A DNA stretch of 64,000 bases from Escherichia phage MRostami-2023e: sequence record OQ031495; one strand, written 5' to 3'. The translations under genes and the position numbers were made by a program. The number at the start of each line of letters is the position of its first letter. Positions within the stretch are counted from its first letter, which is position 1. Positions 26,217-35,501 of the stretch are shown in pieces. The notes under the pieces were generated by a model that was not told where the DNA came from, ran no database searches, and worked only from the letters and a program-made list of their open reading frames with translations.

Positions 26217-26472
26217 AGTGTACGGGTATGACTCTACTATTCATAAATGCATTTATTGTGATAATGCGAAACGATTGCTGGCTGTTAAGAAACAGCCGTT
26301 CGAATTCATTAATGTTATGCCAGAAAAAGGTGTTTTTGATGATGAGAAAATTGCTGAGCTTCTGGTTAAGCTTGGACGTGAATCACAAGTCGGATTGACT
26401 ATGCCTCAAGTGTTTGCTCCTGATGGAACTTCGATCGGTGGCTTTGACCAACTACGAGAATATTTTAAATGA
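26209..26472 (+). CDS. nrdC: phage thioredoxin/glutaredoxin NrdC
   Basis: MFKVYGYDS.IHKC.YCDNAKRLL.VKKQPFEFIN.MPEKGVFDDEKIAELL matches remembered T4 NrdC; 87 aa. Confidence 0.9.
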   Translation: MFKVYGYDSTIHKCIYCDNAKRLLAVKKQPFEFINVMPEKGVFDDEKIAELLVKLGRESQVGLTMPQVFAPDGTSIGGFDQLREYFK

Positions 26473-26825
26473 CATATTCATTAAATCTTAAAGATTTCCA
26501 AGATGTATACGAAGTTTGTGCCAATGAACTTGGTCCTGATGCTCCAACTATTATTGAAGTTTTAAATGTGCTCCCTTCATCATTAGCTTACGAAGCCAAA
26601 TCATGGGGTTGGAACGACACTGTCGTTCGTGATGACCTTTACGTCCTGATGAACGATATGATGGTTAAAAAGGCAGAACCGGTTGCACCAATGGTTACCA
26701 TTACCGTTGAAGAATATAATCGCCTGCAAGCCATTGAAGAGCTTCTGTGGAATATTGAATGTGACCTGCCGTCAGGGCTAGAATCCTGGATTGATTATGA
26801 AGAGCTCAATAAACTCCGGGGTTAA
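26469..26825 (+). CDS. hypothetical protein (118 aa)
   Basis: ATGA-coupled ORF. Confidence 0.5.
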   Translation: MTYSLNLKDFQDVYEVCANELGPDAPTIIEVLNVLPSSLAYEAKSWGWNDTVVRDDLYVLMNDMMVKKAEPVAPMVTITVEEYNRLQAIEELLWNIECDLPSGLESWIDYEELNKLRG

Positions 26826-26953
26826 ACCGTGGTATTCTGCTCGTTGGGAGACTGTCGAGCCAGACGTTGAAACAGTTTACAACGACGAAGAAACGTGTTA
26901 TGATGAACCTTCAATAAATGAATTAATTGATATGGAAATGGGAAGAGATTATT

Positions 26954-27124
26954 ATGCAAGTTAAATTATTGTACCGTTTATTAAAAAATGGCAAACATGA
27001 TTGGTATTTGCTTATTAAAACCGATCCGAATTTTTTCTCTGGACAACCATTTACAGTTCGTCCTACTAAACGTCAGCTTCGCAAAGCTAAACGTTCTCAT
27101 CGTAACTTTTATAGAGAATATTGA
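26954..27124 (+). CDS. hypothetical basic small protein (56 aa)
   Basis: ORF. Confidence 0.4.
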   Translation: MQVKLLYRLLKNGKHDWYLLIKTDPNFFSGQPFTVRPTKRQLRKAKRSHRNFYREY

Positions 27125-27125
27125 T

Positions 27126-27539
27126 ATGAATATTTCTGAAACTCGCGGTAAATGGTTCAAGATTGTTAAAGAAGATGAAGAACTACAAGTCAAGTTTCCT
27201 GAATTAAAGAAAGATACGATCATCAAGGTAATTGGTACTACTACCGAAGATGGTTATGGCGACCATGGCATTATCGAAGTGATGTTGAACACAGGTGAGA
27301 AACTTTGCATCTATGACCGTGATACTTCTCTTTGGTGCTTCTGGGAATCCCATTCAATAGATGAACTCGAAGAAATTGACCAAGTAGTTTGTGATGGTGG
27401 ACTTGGCGAATTCGAAGGTGAACGTATTTCTTATGCTTTAGCTAAATTAGCCGGACAAGAAAATAACGACGGCTATGAAGGTAACCTGATGCAAGCAGCC
27501 GCAGAATACATTGAATATTTAGAAAGACGTTTAAGTTAA
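27126..27539 (+). CDS. hypothetical acidic protein (137 aa)
   Basis: ORF ending immediately before masked region. Confidence 0.5.
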   Translation: MNISETRGKWFKIVKEDEELQVKFPELKKDTIIKVIGTTTEDGYGDHGIIEVMLNTGEKLCIYDRDTSLWCFWESHSIDELEEIDQVVCDGGLGEFEGERISYALAKLAGQENNDGYEGNLMQAAAEYIEYLERRLS

Positions 27540-27738
27540 NNNNNNNNNNNNNNNNNNNNNNNNNNNNNNNNNNNNNNNNNNNNNNNNNNNNNNNNNNNNN
27601 NNNNNNNNNNNNNNNNNNNNNNNNNNNNNNNNNNNNNNNNNNNNNNNNNNNNNNNNNNNNNNNNNNNNNNNNNNNNNNNNNNNNNNNNNNNNNNNNNNNN
27701 NNNNNNNNNNNNNNNNNNNNNNNNTTAAGTTAATAAAT

Positions 27739-27763
27739 ACCCTTATCTATTTAAGGTAAGGGT
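27739..27763 (+). promoter_or_regulatory. hairpin sequestering the ribosome-binding site of gene 49
   Basis: accctta (27739-27745) pairs with taagggt (27757-27763), 6 nt before the ATG; late-promoter-like aATAAATA just upstream. Confidence 0.45.
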
Positions 27764-27768
27764 TTATC

Positions 27769-28242
27769 ATGTTATTATCAGGCGCAAAATATAAAGAAGA
27801 AAAACAAAAATTTTATGATGCACAGAACGGTAAGTGTCCTATTTGCCACCGTGAATTAGACCCTGATGTTCAAGGTAACCATCTTGACCACGACCATGAA
27901 TTAAACGGGCCAAAAGCCGGTAGAGTTCGTGGATTACTCTGTAATCTGTGCAACGCAGCAGAAGGTCAAATGAAGCATAAGTTCAACCGTTCTGGTCTTA
28001 AAGGCCGTGATGTCGACTACCTAGAATGGCTTGAAGCTCTTCTCGCTTATTTGAAACAAGATTATTCTGATAATAATATCCATCCTAATTTTGTTCCAGA
28101 CAAAACTAAAGAGTTCTCAAGACTAGGTAAAGAGGAAATGATGACCGAGATGCTTCAAAGAGGATTTGAATATAATGAATCAGATACTAAAACACAATTA
28201 ATAGCTTCATTCAAAAAGCAGCTTAGAAAGAGTTTAAAATGA
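27769..28242 (+). CDS. 49: endonuclease VII (Holliday-junction resolvase, gp49)
   Basis: KEEKQKFYDAQNGKC.IC.REL.PDVQ.NHLDHDHELNGPKAG.VRGLLCNLCNAAEG matches remembered T4 endo VII; 157 aa. Confidence 0.95.
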   Translation: MLLSGAKYKEEKQKFYDAQNGKCPICHRELDPDVQGNHLDHDHELNGPKAGRVRGLLCNLCNAAEGQMKHKFNRSGLKGRDVDYLEWLEALLAYLKQDYSDNNIHPNFVPDKTKEFSRLGKEEMMTEMLQRGFEYNESDTKTQLIASFKKQLRKSLK

Positions 28243-30056
28243 AAATTGAAAAAGAAATTGAAGGATTAATTCATAAAACTAATAAAGACCTTTTAAACGA
28301 GAATGCTAATAAAGATTCTCGTGTTTTTCCAACTCAACGGGACCTTATGGCTGGTATTGTGTCTAAGCACATTGCCAAAAATATGGTCCCGTCTTTTATT
28401 ATGAATGCGCATGAAAGCGGAATCATTCACATGCATGATATTGATTATTCTCCTGCTCTTCCATTTACTAATTGCTGTTTAGTCGATTTAAAGGGGATGC
28501 TTGAGAATGGATTTAAATTAGGCAATGCTCAAATTGAAACGCCTAAATCTATTGGCGTTGCTACTGCAATTATGGCACAAATTACCGCACAAGTTGCTTC
28601 ACACCAATATGGCGGAACTACATTTGCGAATGTCGATAAAGTTCTTTCTCCTTATGTTAAACGCACATACGCTAAACATATTGAGGACGCAGAAAAATGG
28701 CAAATCGCTGATGCGTTGAATTATGCCCAATCTAAAACAGAAAAAGACGTATACGATGCATTCCAAGCTTATGAATATGAAGTAAATACTCTCTTTAGTT
28801 CAAACGGACAGACTCCTTTTGTAACAATTACATTTGGTACAGGAACCGACTGGACTGAACGAATGATTCAGAAAGCAATTCTTAAAAACCGCATTAAAGG
28901 CCTTGGTCGTGATGGAATAACTCCTATTTTCCCTAAGCTTGTTATGTTCGTTGAAGAAGGTGTTAATCTTTATAAAGACGATCCGAACTATGATATTAAG
29001 CAGCTTGCTTTAGAATGTGCAAGCAAAAGAATGTATCCTGACATCATTTCGGCTAAGAACAATAAAGCTATCACCGGCTCATCTATTCCTGTTTCTCCAA
29101 TGGGTTGCCGTAGTTTCTTGAGCGTATGGAAAGATTCAACTGGCAATGAAATTCTTGATGGACGCAATAATCTTGGCGTTGTAACACTGAATCTTCCTCG
29201 TATTGCGTTAGATTCTTATATTGGAACACAATTCAATGAACAGAAATTTGCCGAATTGTTCAATGAACGAATGGACCTGTGTTTTGAAGCTTTGATGTGT
29301 AGAATTAGTTCCTTAAAAGGAGTTAAAGCGACTGTTGCTCCTATTCTTTACCAAGAAGGTGCATTTGGGGTTCGTCTTAAACCTGACGACGATATAATTG
29401 AGTTATTTAAAAACGGTAGAAGTTCAGTGTCTTTAGGATACATCGGTATTCATGAATTGAATATTCTTGTCGGCCGTGATATTGGACAAGAAATTTTAAC
29501 TAAAATGAATGCTCATCTTAAACAGTGGACTGAAAGAACCGGTTTTGCTTTTAGCTTGTATTCTACTCCTGCTGAAAACCTGTGCTATCGCTTCTGTAAA
29601 CTTGATACTGAAAAATATGGAAGTGTAAAAGATGTTACTGATAAAGGCTGGTACACTAACAGTTTCCATGTTTCAGTAGAAGAAAATATTACTCCGTTTG
29701 AAAAGATTTATCGCGAAGCCCCATATCATTTCATTTCGNNNNNNNNNNNNNNNNNNNNNNNNNNNNNNNNNNNNNNNNNNNNNNNNNNNNNNNNNNNNNN
29801 NNNNNNNNNNNNNNNNNNNNNNNNNNNNNNNNNNNNNNNNNNNNNNNNNNNNNNNNNNNNNNNNNNNNNNNNNNNNNNNNNNNNNNNNNNNNNNNNNNNN
29901 NNNNNNNNNNNATTTGTTTGTTCTATGTGTGGAGAAACTGATCCTAAAAAGATGAACACAATAAGAAGAACGTGTGGTTATCTTGGAAACCCGAACGAAC
30001 GCGGATTTAATCTAGGCAAAAATAAAGAAATCATGCATAGGGTTAAACACCAATGA
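28239..30056 (+). CDS. nrdD: anaerobic ribonucleoside-triphosphate reductase NrdD (glycyl-radical region masked)
   Basis: 605 aa as T4 NrdD; C-terminal Zn/Cys cluster CSMCGE...RRTCGYLG; continuous ORF, no intron. Confidence 0.9.
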   Translation: MKIEKEIEGLIHKTNKDLLNENANKDSRVFPTQRDLMAGIVSKHIAKNMVPSFIMNAHESGIIHMHDIDYSPALPFTNCCLVDLKGMLENGFKLGNAQIETPKSIGVATAIMAQITAQVASHQYGGTTFANVDKVLSPYVKRTYAKHIEDAEKWQIADALNYAQSKTEKDVYDAFQAYEYEVNTLFSSNGQTPFVTITFGTGTDWTERMIQKAILKNRIKGLGRDGITPIFPKLVMFVEEGVNLYKDDPNYDIKQLALECASKRMYPDIISAKNNKAITGSSIPVSPMGCRSFLSVWKDSTGNEILDGRNNLGVVTLNLPRIALDSYIGTQFNEQKFAELFNERMDLCFEALMCRISSLKGVKATVAPILYQEGAFGVRLKPDDDIIELFKNGRSSVSLGYIGIHELNILVGRDIGQEILTKMNAHLKQWTERTGFAFSLYSTPAENLCYRFCKLDTEKYGSVKDVTDKGWYTNSFHVSVEENITPFEKIYREAPYHFISXXXXXXXXXXXXXXXXXXXXXXXXXXXXXXXXXXXXXXXXXXXXXXXXXXXXXXXXXXFVCSMCGETDPKKMNTIRRTCGYLGNPNERGFNLGKNKEIMHRVKHQ

Positions 30057-30523
30057 ATTATGATAGAATTTATCCTTGTGATTTTGTGAATGGCCCTGGT
30101 TGCAGGGTCGTTCTTTTCGTTACAGGTTGTTTGCATAAATGTGAAGGGTGTTATAATAAATCAACATGGAATGCTAGAAATGGTATTCCATTCACTGGTG
30201 AAACACTAAAACAATTAATTGAAATTTTGAATAATGATTAAATAGAAGGATTAACTATAACTGGAGGAGACCCTCTCTATCCTGATAACCGAGATGTTAT
30301 TCATTGCATTGTTCAAACTATTAAAAATCTTTATCCCAATAAAAGCATTTGGTTGTGGACAGGATATAAGTTTGAAGATATTAAACAACTAGAAATGCTT
30401 AAATATGTTGATGTTATTATTGATGGGAAGTATGAGAAAAATCTTCCGACCAAAAAGATATGGCGAGGATCAGATAATCAGCGACTTTGGTCAAATACCG
30501 ATGGGGTGTGGAAACATGATTAA
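30053..30523 (+). CDS. nrdG: anaerobic RNR activase NrdG, interrupted by in-frame TAA at 30239-30241
   Basis: N-terminal radical-SAM CxxxCxxC (CLHKCEGC); C-terminal TGGDPL...WLWTGYKFEDIKQLEMLKYVDVIIDGKYE in the same frame after the stop; total 156 codons as in T4. Confidence 0.75.
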
Positions 30524-30633
30524 ATTGAATTATATTATGGATACTATAAATGATATGATTTTTCGTTTTGGTCCAGAATTTTATTCCCAATATAGTTTAG
30601 TGCTTATCAATGCTTAGTTAATTAAGGGTAAAT

Positions 30634-30849
30634 ATGTATAAATTTCGTAAAGGTTTAGCTGATTTTCTTACAACTGTAACGTTCTTTTTGTTTATGGCAG
30701 TTGGAGCTATTTTTCTTATTCCTTTTACTGGAGTATTTTTCGTGATTAGTTTAATTTCTCCAGAAAAGGGTTTATCCTCCAGCGAATTCAATGAACGTTT
30801 GGACAAAATTACTAATAAACTGAATTCTGTTCTTGATAAAAAGGCTTAA
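30634..30849 (+). CDS. small membrane protein (71 aa)
   Basis: Two TM segments. Confidence 0.5.
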   Translation: MYKFRKGLADFLTTVTFFLFMAVGAIFLIPFTGVFFVISLISPEKGLSSSEFNERLDKITNKLNSVLDKKA

Positions 30850-30851
30850 TT

Positions 30852-31169
30852 ATGATTAGTTTTGAGCGGTATGTGGTAGAGAGTTGGAAAGGTTTTGATA
30901 TGTTCGGTAATGACTATTATTTCTATGAATGTAGTCTAAATCCTAGTTTTTGGGCTGGACGTGAACGAGATCTCGAAGAAATTAATGCTCGTGCCGAATT
31001 GTTAGGTGAATTGCCTACGGTTTATTTTACCTTTGATGAGTCTGGATTTGTTATCCAGGTTTATTTTCCTGAAGAAAACTCTGGTGAGGATTCTGTTAAT
31101 CCTCCTTATTGGGCTTACCAAGGAATTATTTCTCGTGGAACAAAACTCGAACTTAAAGAACAAGATTGA
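30852..31169 (+). CDS. hypothetical protein (105 aa)
   Basis: ORF. Confidence 0.5.
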   Translation: MISFERYVVESWKGFDMFGNDYYFYECSLNPSFWAGRERDLEEINARAELLGELPTVYFTFDESGFVIQVYFPEENSGEDSVNPPYWAYQGIISRGTKLELKEQD

Positions 31170-31458
31170 AATCTATGGCATCCCTGAAGAAGTAGGACGT
31201 TGTCCAGGATGTTATGCTGTTACAAAACTTTTAAAGGAGCTCAATGCTCCTTATACATTTTATAAAGTCCTCACTAATAATGGTAAGATTGAATATGACC
31301 GTCCTTTAATCGTATCTCTGGCTAAACGTGCAGGATTCACTTCACTTAATATTCGTTATCCTGTCATATTTTTAAATGATAAGAAACAAAAGAATATTGC
31401 AGAGTTTAAAAAGTCCTTGATTTCATTAGGATATGACTCTGATATCATAGAAGATTGA
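31135..31458 (+). CDS. nrdH: glutaredoxin-like NrdH
   Basis: KIEIYGIPEEVGRCPGCYAV CxxC redoxin motif; no in-frame ATG near the domain, so GTG at 31135 proposed (ATT at 31165 alternative). Confidence 0.6.
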   Translation: MEQNSNLKNKIEIYGIPEEVGRCPGCYAVTKLLKELNAPYTFYKVLTNNGKIEYDRPLIVSLAKRAGFTSLNIRYPVIFLNDKKQKNIAEFKKSLISLGYDSDIIED

Positions 31459-31480
31459 CCAGGTGCCGCCTGGTCTTCTT
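31457..31480 (+). terminator. rho-independent terminator candidate
   Basis: gaccagg-tgccg-cctggtc then T-rich. Confidence 0.45.
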
Positions 31481-31624
31481 TATCTCATTTCTAATATAAT
31501 CCATTGGAATCTTCACTTCATTATCTCCTTGTGCCCCTCTCAAATCAAAAATATTTTCATAAAACAGTTTACATCCTCGATAGATATGTTAAGATTAGCA
31601 CCATCTACCACAGAGGAAAACAAA

Positions 31625-31807
31625 ATGACAATTGAAGATAAAGAAATTAAGGTTGACCAGTACTATTCTGTCAATGGTAATGCCATACAGATAACCAGAG
31701 TTTCAAGCCTGGATGTTTGGTACCGTTCAATCAAATATCCAGAAATTGGTGAAATGCTTTGTGACCGTGGTATCTTCTGTTCAATTGCGAAGGAAATTAA
31801 GCCATGA
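31625..31807 (+). CDS. hypothetical small protein (60 aa)
   Basis: AGAGGAAAACAAAATG start. Confidence 0.45.
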   Translation: MTIEDKEIKVDQYYSVNGNAIQITRVSSLDVWYRSIKYPEIGEMLCDRGIFCSIAKEIKP

Positions 31808-32052
31808 TTAGTTTAGATTCAAAGAAAGTTGTTCTAACCCTTAAAGTTGATGACGAGCGTCTGGTATTCGTTACCATTTCCGATTTGCATGTTGAAATTG
31901 CTAATGGCGTTCGTACTTATCAAGCAAATAAAACTCAATGGGATTATATCCCGATGTTGACGCTTACTCAGCGTTTAGAATCAATCGGTCTTAAAGACCT
32001 TTCAGTAAGTGAAGTGAATTTTATCAAACGCATTGTATCAATCAACCTCTGA
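31804..32052 (+). CDS. hypothetical protein (82 aa)
   Basis: ATGA-coupled. Confidence 0.5.
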   Translation: MISLDSKKVVLTLKVDDERLVFVTISDLHVEIANGVRTYQANKTQWDYIPMLTLTQRLESIGLKDLSVSEVNFIKRIVSINL

Positions 32053-32059
32053 GGTACTT

Positions 32060-32353
32060 ATGGGTAAAACATATCGTCGTAAAGATTTGAAAGTTCGCGA
32101 TTACGACTATTTTGGTAAGCGTAAAGCTCCTGACGGTGTTAGCCACAAAGACATGGTTGAAAACATTTTCCGCTCAGATAAATGGAAACGTATGAAAGGC
32201 GTTGATTCTGAAGTCAAGAATGAAATGAATCGACAACTCCGCAAAGAAGTTCGTAAGTTGAAAAAAGATGTTTACAGTAAAGAAGATTATGATTATAATA
32301 CTTCTCATACTGAAGCCAAACGTAAAGCTAACGAATGTTATCGTTACAGTTGA
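32060..32353 (+). CDS. hypothetical highly basic protein (97 aa)
   Basis: GAGGT Shine-Dalgarno plus ATG. Confidence 0.5.
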   Translation: MGKTYRRKDLKVRDYDYFGKRKAPDGVSHKDMVENIFRSDKWKRMKGVDSEVKNEMNRQLRKEVRKLKKDVYSKEDYDYNTSHTEAKRKANECYRYS

Positions 32354-32360
32354 GGAAATT

Positions 32361-32495
32361 ATGAATATCAAACGAATGCTTTTTAAGCAGGGATTATATA
32401 CTTTAAATGTTAATCCAAAGGGCGATACAACTAAATGGTCTGTAAATGACTGGATTAAGTTCATCGATGAAAATGGGGCGTGGAACACAAAATGA
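32361..32495 (+). CDS. hypothetical small protein (44 aa)
   Basis: GAGGAAATTATG start. Confidence 0.4.
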   Translation: MNIKRMLFKQGLYTLNVNPKGDTTKWSVNDWIKFIDENGAWNTK

Positions 32496-32692
32496 ATCCT
32501 GAAAATATTGTGTCATGGCAACTTCGTGAAGAACGTGCCGAATTCTTTGCCAATATGAAACTCAACGGCGTTGAGGATGAAGACTTCTTACGCTGGTTCT
32601 GGATTTACAAATACAAAGAATGCCAGCACGTTGTACTACTGACTTGTGCAGTTATGTACGAAGGCTGGAAAGGCGCTAAAAAGTTCGGTTAA
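32492..32692 (+). CDS. hypothetical protein (66 aa)
   Basis: ATGA-coupled. Confidence 0.45.
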   Translation: MNPENIVSWQLREERAEFFANMKLNGVEDEDFLRWFWIYKYKECQHVVLLTCAVMYEGWKGAKKFG

Positions 32693-32755
32693 TAATGTAC
32701 AACGATAGGAAGACATGTTATTATCTTCCTATCGTCTTAAAATGAGTAAAATATC

Positions 32756-32995
32756 ATGGCCCAAGAATTAGATTTTATCAAATTCAAAAAACACCTCGAC
32801 GTTAAAATTGGGGATTCAATTGTTAGGATTGAGTATGACATTTTAACAGATGCTATTACTGTTAGTTGTGATGGAAATAGTTTCAGCTTCGATACAACCG
32901 AAAACAAATACCCAATCTATAAAGGCATCTTTGATATGGGTGTTGATATTACTCCACGTGATACAAATTACTTACTTTTCATGCTTAAAAAATAA
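32756..32995 (+). CDS. hypothetical protein (79 aa)
   Basis: ORF. Confidence 0.5.
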   Translation: MAQELDFIKFKKHLDVKIGDSIVRIEYDILTDAITVSCDGNSFSFDTTENKYPIYKGIFDMGVDITPRDTNYLLFMLKK

Positions 32996-33030
32996 TATAC
33001 AAACTCTTGAGAGATGAGTATAATTCTCTC
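32994..33030 (+). promoter_or_regulatory. promoter candidate with the -10 inside an inverted repeat; second copy of the element at 2352
   Basis: acaaactcttgagag..gagTATAATtctctcgttggataataaa, near-identical to 2355-2400. Confidence 0.45.
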
Positions 33031-33061
33031 GTTGGATAATAAAATAACCGAGGAAAATAAT

Positions 33062-33394
33062 ATGTCTACTAAAATCAAAAACGTAGTTAATTCTTTCGCT
33101 TTCGATAAAGTTGTTGCTCTTCTGGAATCCGGCAATATTGTTACTCCTCAAGTTCTTGACGCGTGGGAATTCCGTCTTTATGAAATCATGCAAAAACACG
33201 ACCAGAAAATTGGACGTAATTCTATTCGTGAAATTCTAGTACAATATATTCTTTCTGAATTTGACGTTGCTGCATTTGGTGTTGAATCTAAAGCTTATCA
33301 GAAACATGAAATCTCTGAAAAGACTATCCGTCGTATGAAAAATCAACGTAAGAAAAAATTCGTTGACCTGAAAATTGTTAAGGCGGTAAAATGA
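33062..33394 (+). CDS. hypothetical protein (110 aa)
   Basis: GAGGAAAATAATATG start. Confidence 0.5.
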   Translation: MSTKIKNVVNSFAFDKVVALLESGNIVTPQVLDAWEFRLYEIMQKHDQKIGRNSIREILVQYILSEFDVAAFGVESKAYQKHEISEKTIRRMKNQRKKKFVDLKIVKAVK

Positions 33395-33618
33395 GCGTAT
33401 TAACAGAAACTTTGATTAATGACCTGCGTCTAGCTGGTTACGAAGTTGGTACAAATAGCCTAGGTCTTCCTCAGATTGAAGGGCCTGGATTTATCCTAGA
33501 ATACGAATTCAAACAATGGTGGTTATATGCTACGGTTGACGATGCGTTGAATATTGATTTCGTTGACCAATTTGATTCGCTGGATGCTGCTCTTGAAGCA
33601 GCAAAGGAACTAGAATGA
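33391..33618 (+). CDS. hypothetical acidic protein (75 aa)
   Basis: ATGA-coupled. Confidence 0.5.
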   Translation: MSVLTETLINDLRLAGYEVGTNSLGLPQIEGPGFILEYEFKQWWLYATVDDALNIDFVDQFDSLDAALEAAKELE

Positions 33619-33884
33619 AAATAACTCGAATCAGTATAACTGAAGAAAAGCTGGGCGAATTTTATGTTGACGAATACATGAAAGTCACGTATTTTCCATT
33701 CGTTAAAGGTGTTGGTTTTTGGGAAACTCATGTATCTCAATTAAACGAAGGCGACTATAACGAAACACATGAGAACTTTTTAGATTTTCTTTATAATGCC
33801 GGTCTTACCGAGCTTTATATCGATATCCATGAGTTCAAACGTTTAATGGAAAAAGTGTTTCAGGCTTATTGTTTGATCCGATAG
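33615..33884 (+). CDS. hypothetical protein (89 aa)
   Basis: ATGA-coupled. Confidence 0.5.
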   Translation: MKITRISITEEKLGEFYVDEYMKVTYFPFVKGVGFWETHVSQLNEGDYNETHENFLDFLYNAGLTELYIDIHEFKRLMEKVFQAYCLIR

Positions 33885-33956
33885 TATCTCGTGCTTTAAG
33901 ATAGGTCTCTAAATATTATGATATAATAGACCTATGAATTGAGCCAAGAGGTACTT

Positions 33957-34514
33957 ATGACTGAACAAAAACCTAAAAATAACTATGTGAATAATAAAGA
34001 GCTTCTCGCCGCTATAATCGAGTGGAAAAAGGAGCTCTTAAATAATAAAGACCCAAACAAAATTATTCGTCAGAATGATACCATCGGTTTAGCAATTATG
34101 CTTATCGCCGAAGGCCTGTCCAAACGTTTCAACTTTTCAGGATATACCCAGTCTTGGAAGCAGGAGATGATTGCAGATGGGATTGAAGCCTCTATTAAGG
34201 GACTTCATAATTTCGACGAAACTAAGTACAATAACCCACATGCATACATAACTCGAGCTTGTTTTAATGCTTTTGTCCAACGTATCAAAAAAGAACGTAA
34301 GGAAGTTGCAAAGAAATATAGTTACTTCGTTCATAATGTCTACGACAGTCATGACGATGATATGGTAGCGTTGGTAGATGAAACGTTTATTCAAGACATC
34401 TACGATAAAATGACGCATTATGAAGAATCCGCTTATAAAGCTCCTGGGGCTGAAAAGAAGGAAGTTGTTAGCGATTCGCCTAGTTTGGATTTTTTATATG
34501 AGGATGACAATTGA
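33957..34514 (+). CDS. 55: late-transcription sigma factor gp55
   Basis: [73 protein letters not shown] matches remembered T4 gp55; 185 aa. Confidence 0.95.
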   Translation: MTEQKPKNNYVNNKELLAAIIEWKKELLNNKDPNKIIRQNDTIGLAIMLIAEGLSKRFNFSGYTQSWKQEMIADGIEASIKGLHNFDETKYNNPHAYITRACFNAFVQRIKKERKEVAKKYSYFVHNVYDSHDDDMVALVDETFIQDIYDKMTHYEESAYKAPGAEKKEVVSDSPSLDFLYEDDN

Positions 34515-34713
34515 CATCTCTAACTACTTAGAAGAACCTTTTGACGAAGCAATCCCTTATTTGGTAAAACTGTTGGGTCGTGAATTTAAAATTAATTTTG
34601 ACATCGACCCTTTGAACCCACATGACGTGTCATTTTCGATAAATGGGACTCCGGTTGAGTACGAGTTCTGCATTGAAGAGGACGGACGTTTTTATTTTAA
34701 TTTAATGAGATAA
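34504..34713 (+). CDS. hypothetical small protein (69 aa)
   Basis: ORF overlapping gene 55 stop. Confidence 0.4.
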   Translation: MTIDISNYLEEPFDEAIPYLVKLLGREFKINFDIDPLNPHDVSFSINGTPVEYEFCIEEDGRFYFNLMR

Positions 34714-34714
34714 T

Positions 34715-35038
34715 ATGACTACCGAGATTATTGAAAATAAAGAAGCAGAAGATGCAGTAGCTAAAATGCTACAAGAAATCCAAAAGAAAAATGAAGCTGA
34801 AGCACGTAAAAAATCCGAAAAGATTCTTAAAAAGAATCGTTTTGAACTAAACCGTCTTTATGCTCATGCTCAAGAAGCAGCAATTCAAAACAACTTCGAA
34901 GCTTACGAATATGCTATTAAGAAATCTCGGGATATTCTACGACAACCATATAATGACAAGTTAATTAAAATCCAGTGGGTTACTACTCGTCAGGCTATTG
35001 AGGACATCATTAATGGCGCTAGTTCAAACAAAGTTTAA
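34715..35038 (+). CDS. hypothetical protein (107 aa)
   Basis: ORF. Confidence 0.5.
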   Translation: MTTEIIENKEAEDAVAKMLQEIQKKNEAEARKKSEKILKKNRFELNRLYAHAQEAAIQNNFEAYEYAIKKSRDILRQPYNDKLIKIQWVTTRQAIEDIINGASSNKV

Positions 35039-35219
35039 ACGTCTTAAGCTGAATGCAGGGTTCACCCTTAAATTGGGAGGTCCTCTTTGTGTTAAAATTT
35101 CTGAAAAGGAATATCACGACGGTTCTATTACAGAAATTTGTCCGCCTATTGTAAAGGCAGACCCAAAACAACTCGTATGGGTTGATTCATTTCAAGTTAA
35201 GAAATGGTGGAAACGATGA
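35013..35219 (+). CDS. hypothetical protein (68 aa)
   Basis: ORF overlapping upstream stop. Confidence 0.4.
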   Translation: MALVQTKFKRLKLNAGFTLKLGGPLCVKISEKEYHDGSITEICPPIVKADPKQLVWVDSFQVKKWWKR

Positions 35220-35258
35220 GAGAAATCGATTTAGGCATTTTCTGAGAGGTGCTTATGC

Positions 35259-35432
35259 ATGACGAACATCCCGACTTCTGAAAATTTCGATAAAATCCGT
35301 AAAGGCAAAGCAGAAAGAATGAGACGTTTTAAAGAGTCTTATGATAAAGCTAAAGCCGAAGGAACTATTACGTACAAGCCCATTCGATTTAAAAGTTCAA
35401 ATGAGCCTCTGTACGGTGTACTATGTGGATAG
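35259..35432 (+). CDS. hypothetical small basic protein (57 aa)
   Basis: GAGGTG Shine-Dalgarno; ends in terminator. Confidence 0.4.
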   Translation: MTNIPTSENFDKIRKGKAERMRRFKESYDKAKAEGTITYKPIRFKSSNEPLYGVLCG

Positions 35433-35456
35433 GAACTCTTCGGAGTTCCTTTTTTG
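35432..35456 (+). terminator. rho-independent terminator (UUCG tetraloop)
   Basis: ggaactc-ttcg-gagttcc then T6. Confidence 0.65.
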
Positions 35457-35501
35457 CTTTATAAACGGATGATAGAATGAATTAACTAATGAGGAAATAA
35501 T

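Noticed and set aside
28239-30056. Possible group I intron or homing endonuclease in nrdD, as in T4
   Set aside because: nrdD is a continuous 605-codon frame equal to the mature T4 NrdD length; the 173-nt masked stretch is too short for an intron and keeps the frame, so no intron is inferred
31006-31169. ATG-initiated 150-aa version of the glutaredoxin ORF (N-terminal 53-aa hydrophobic extension)
   Set aside because: The extension overlaps the upstream gene in another frame and lacks an SD; a GTG start at 31135 just before the redoxin domain is more plausible
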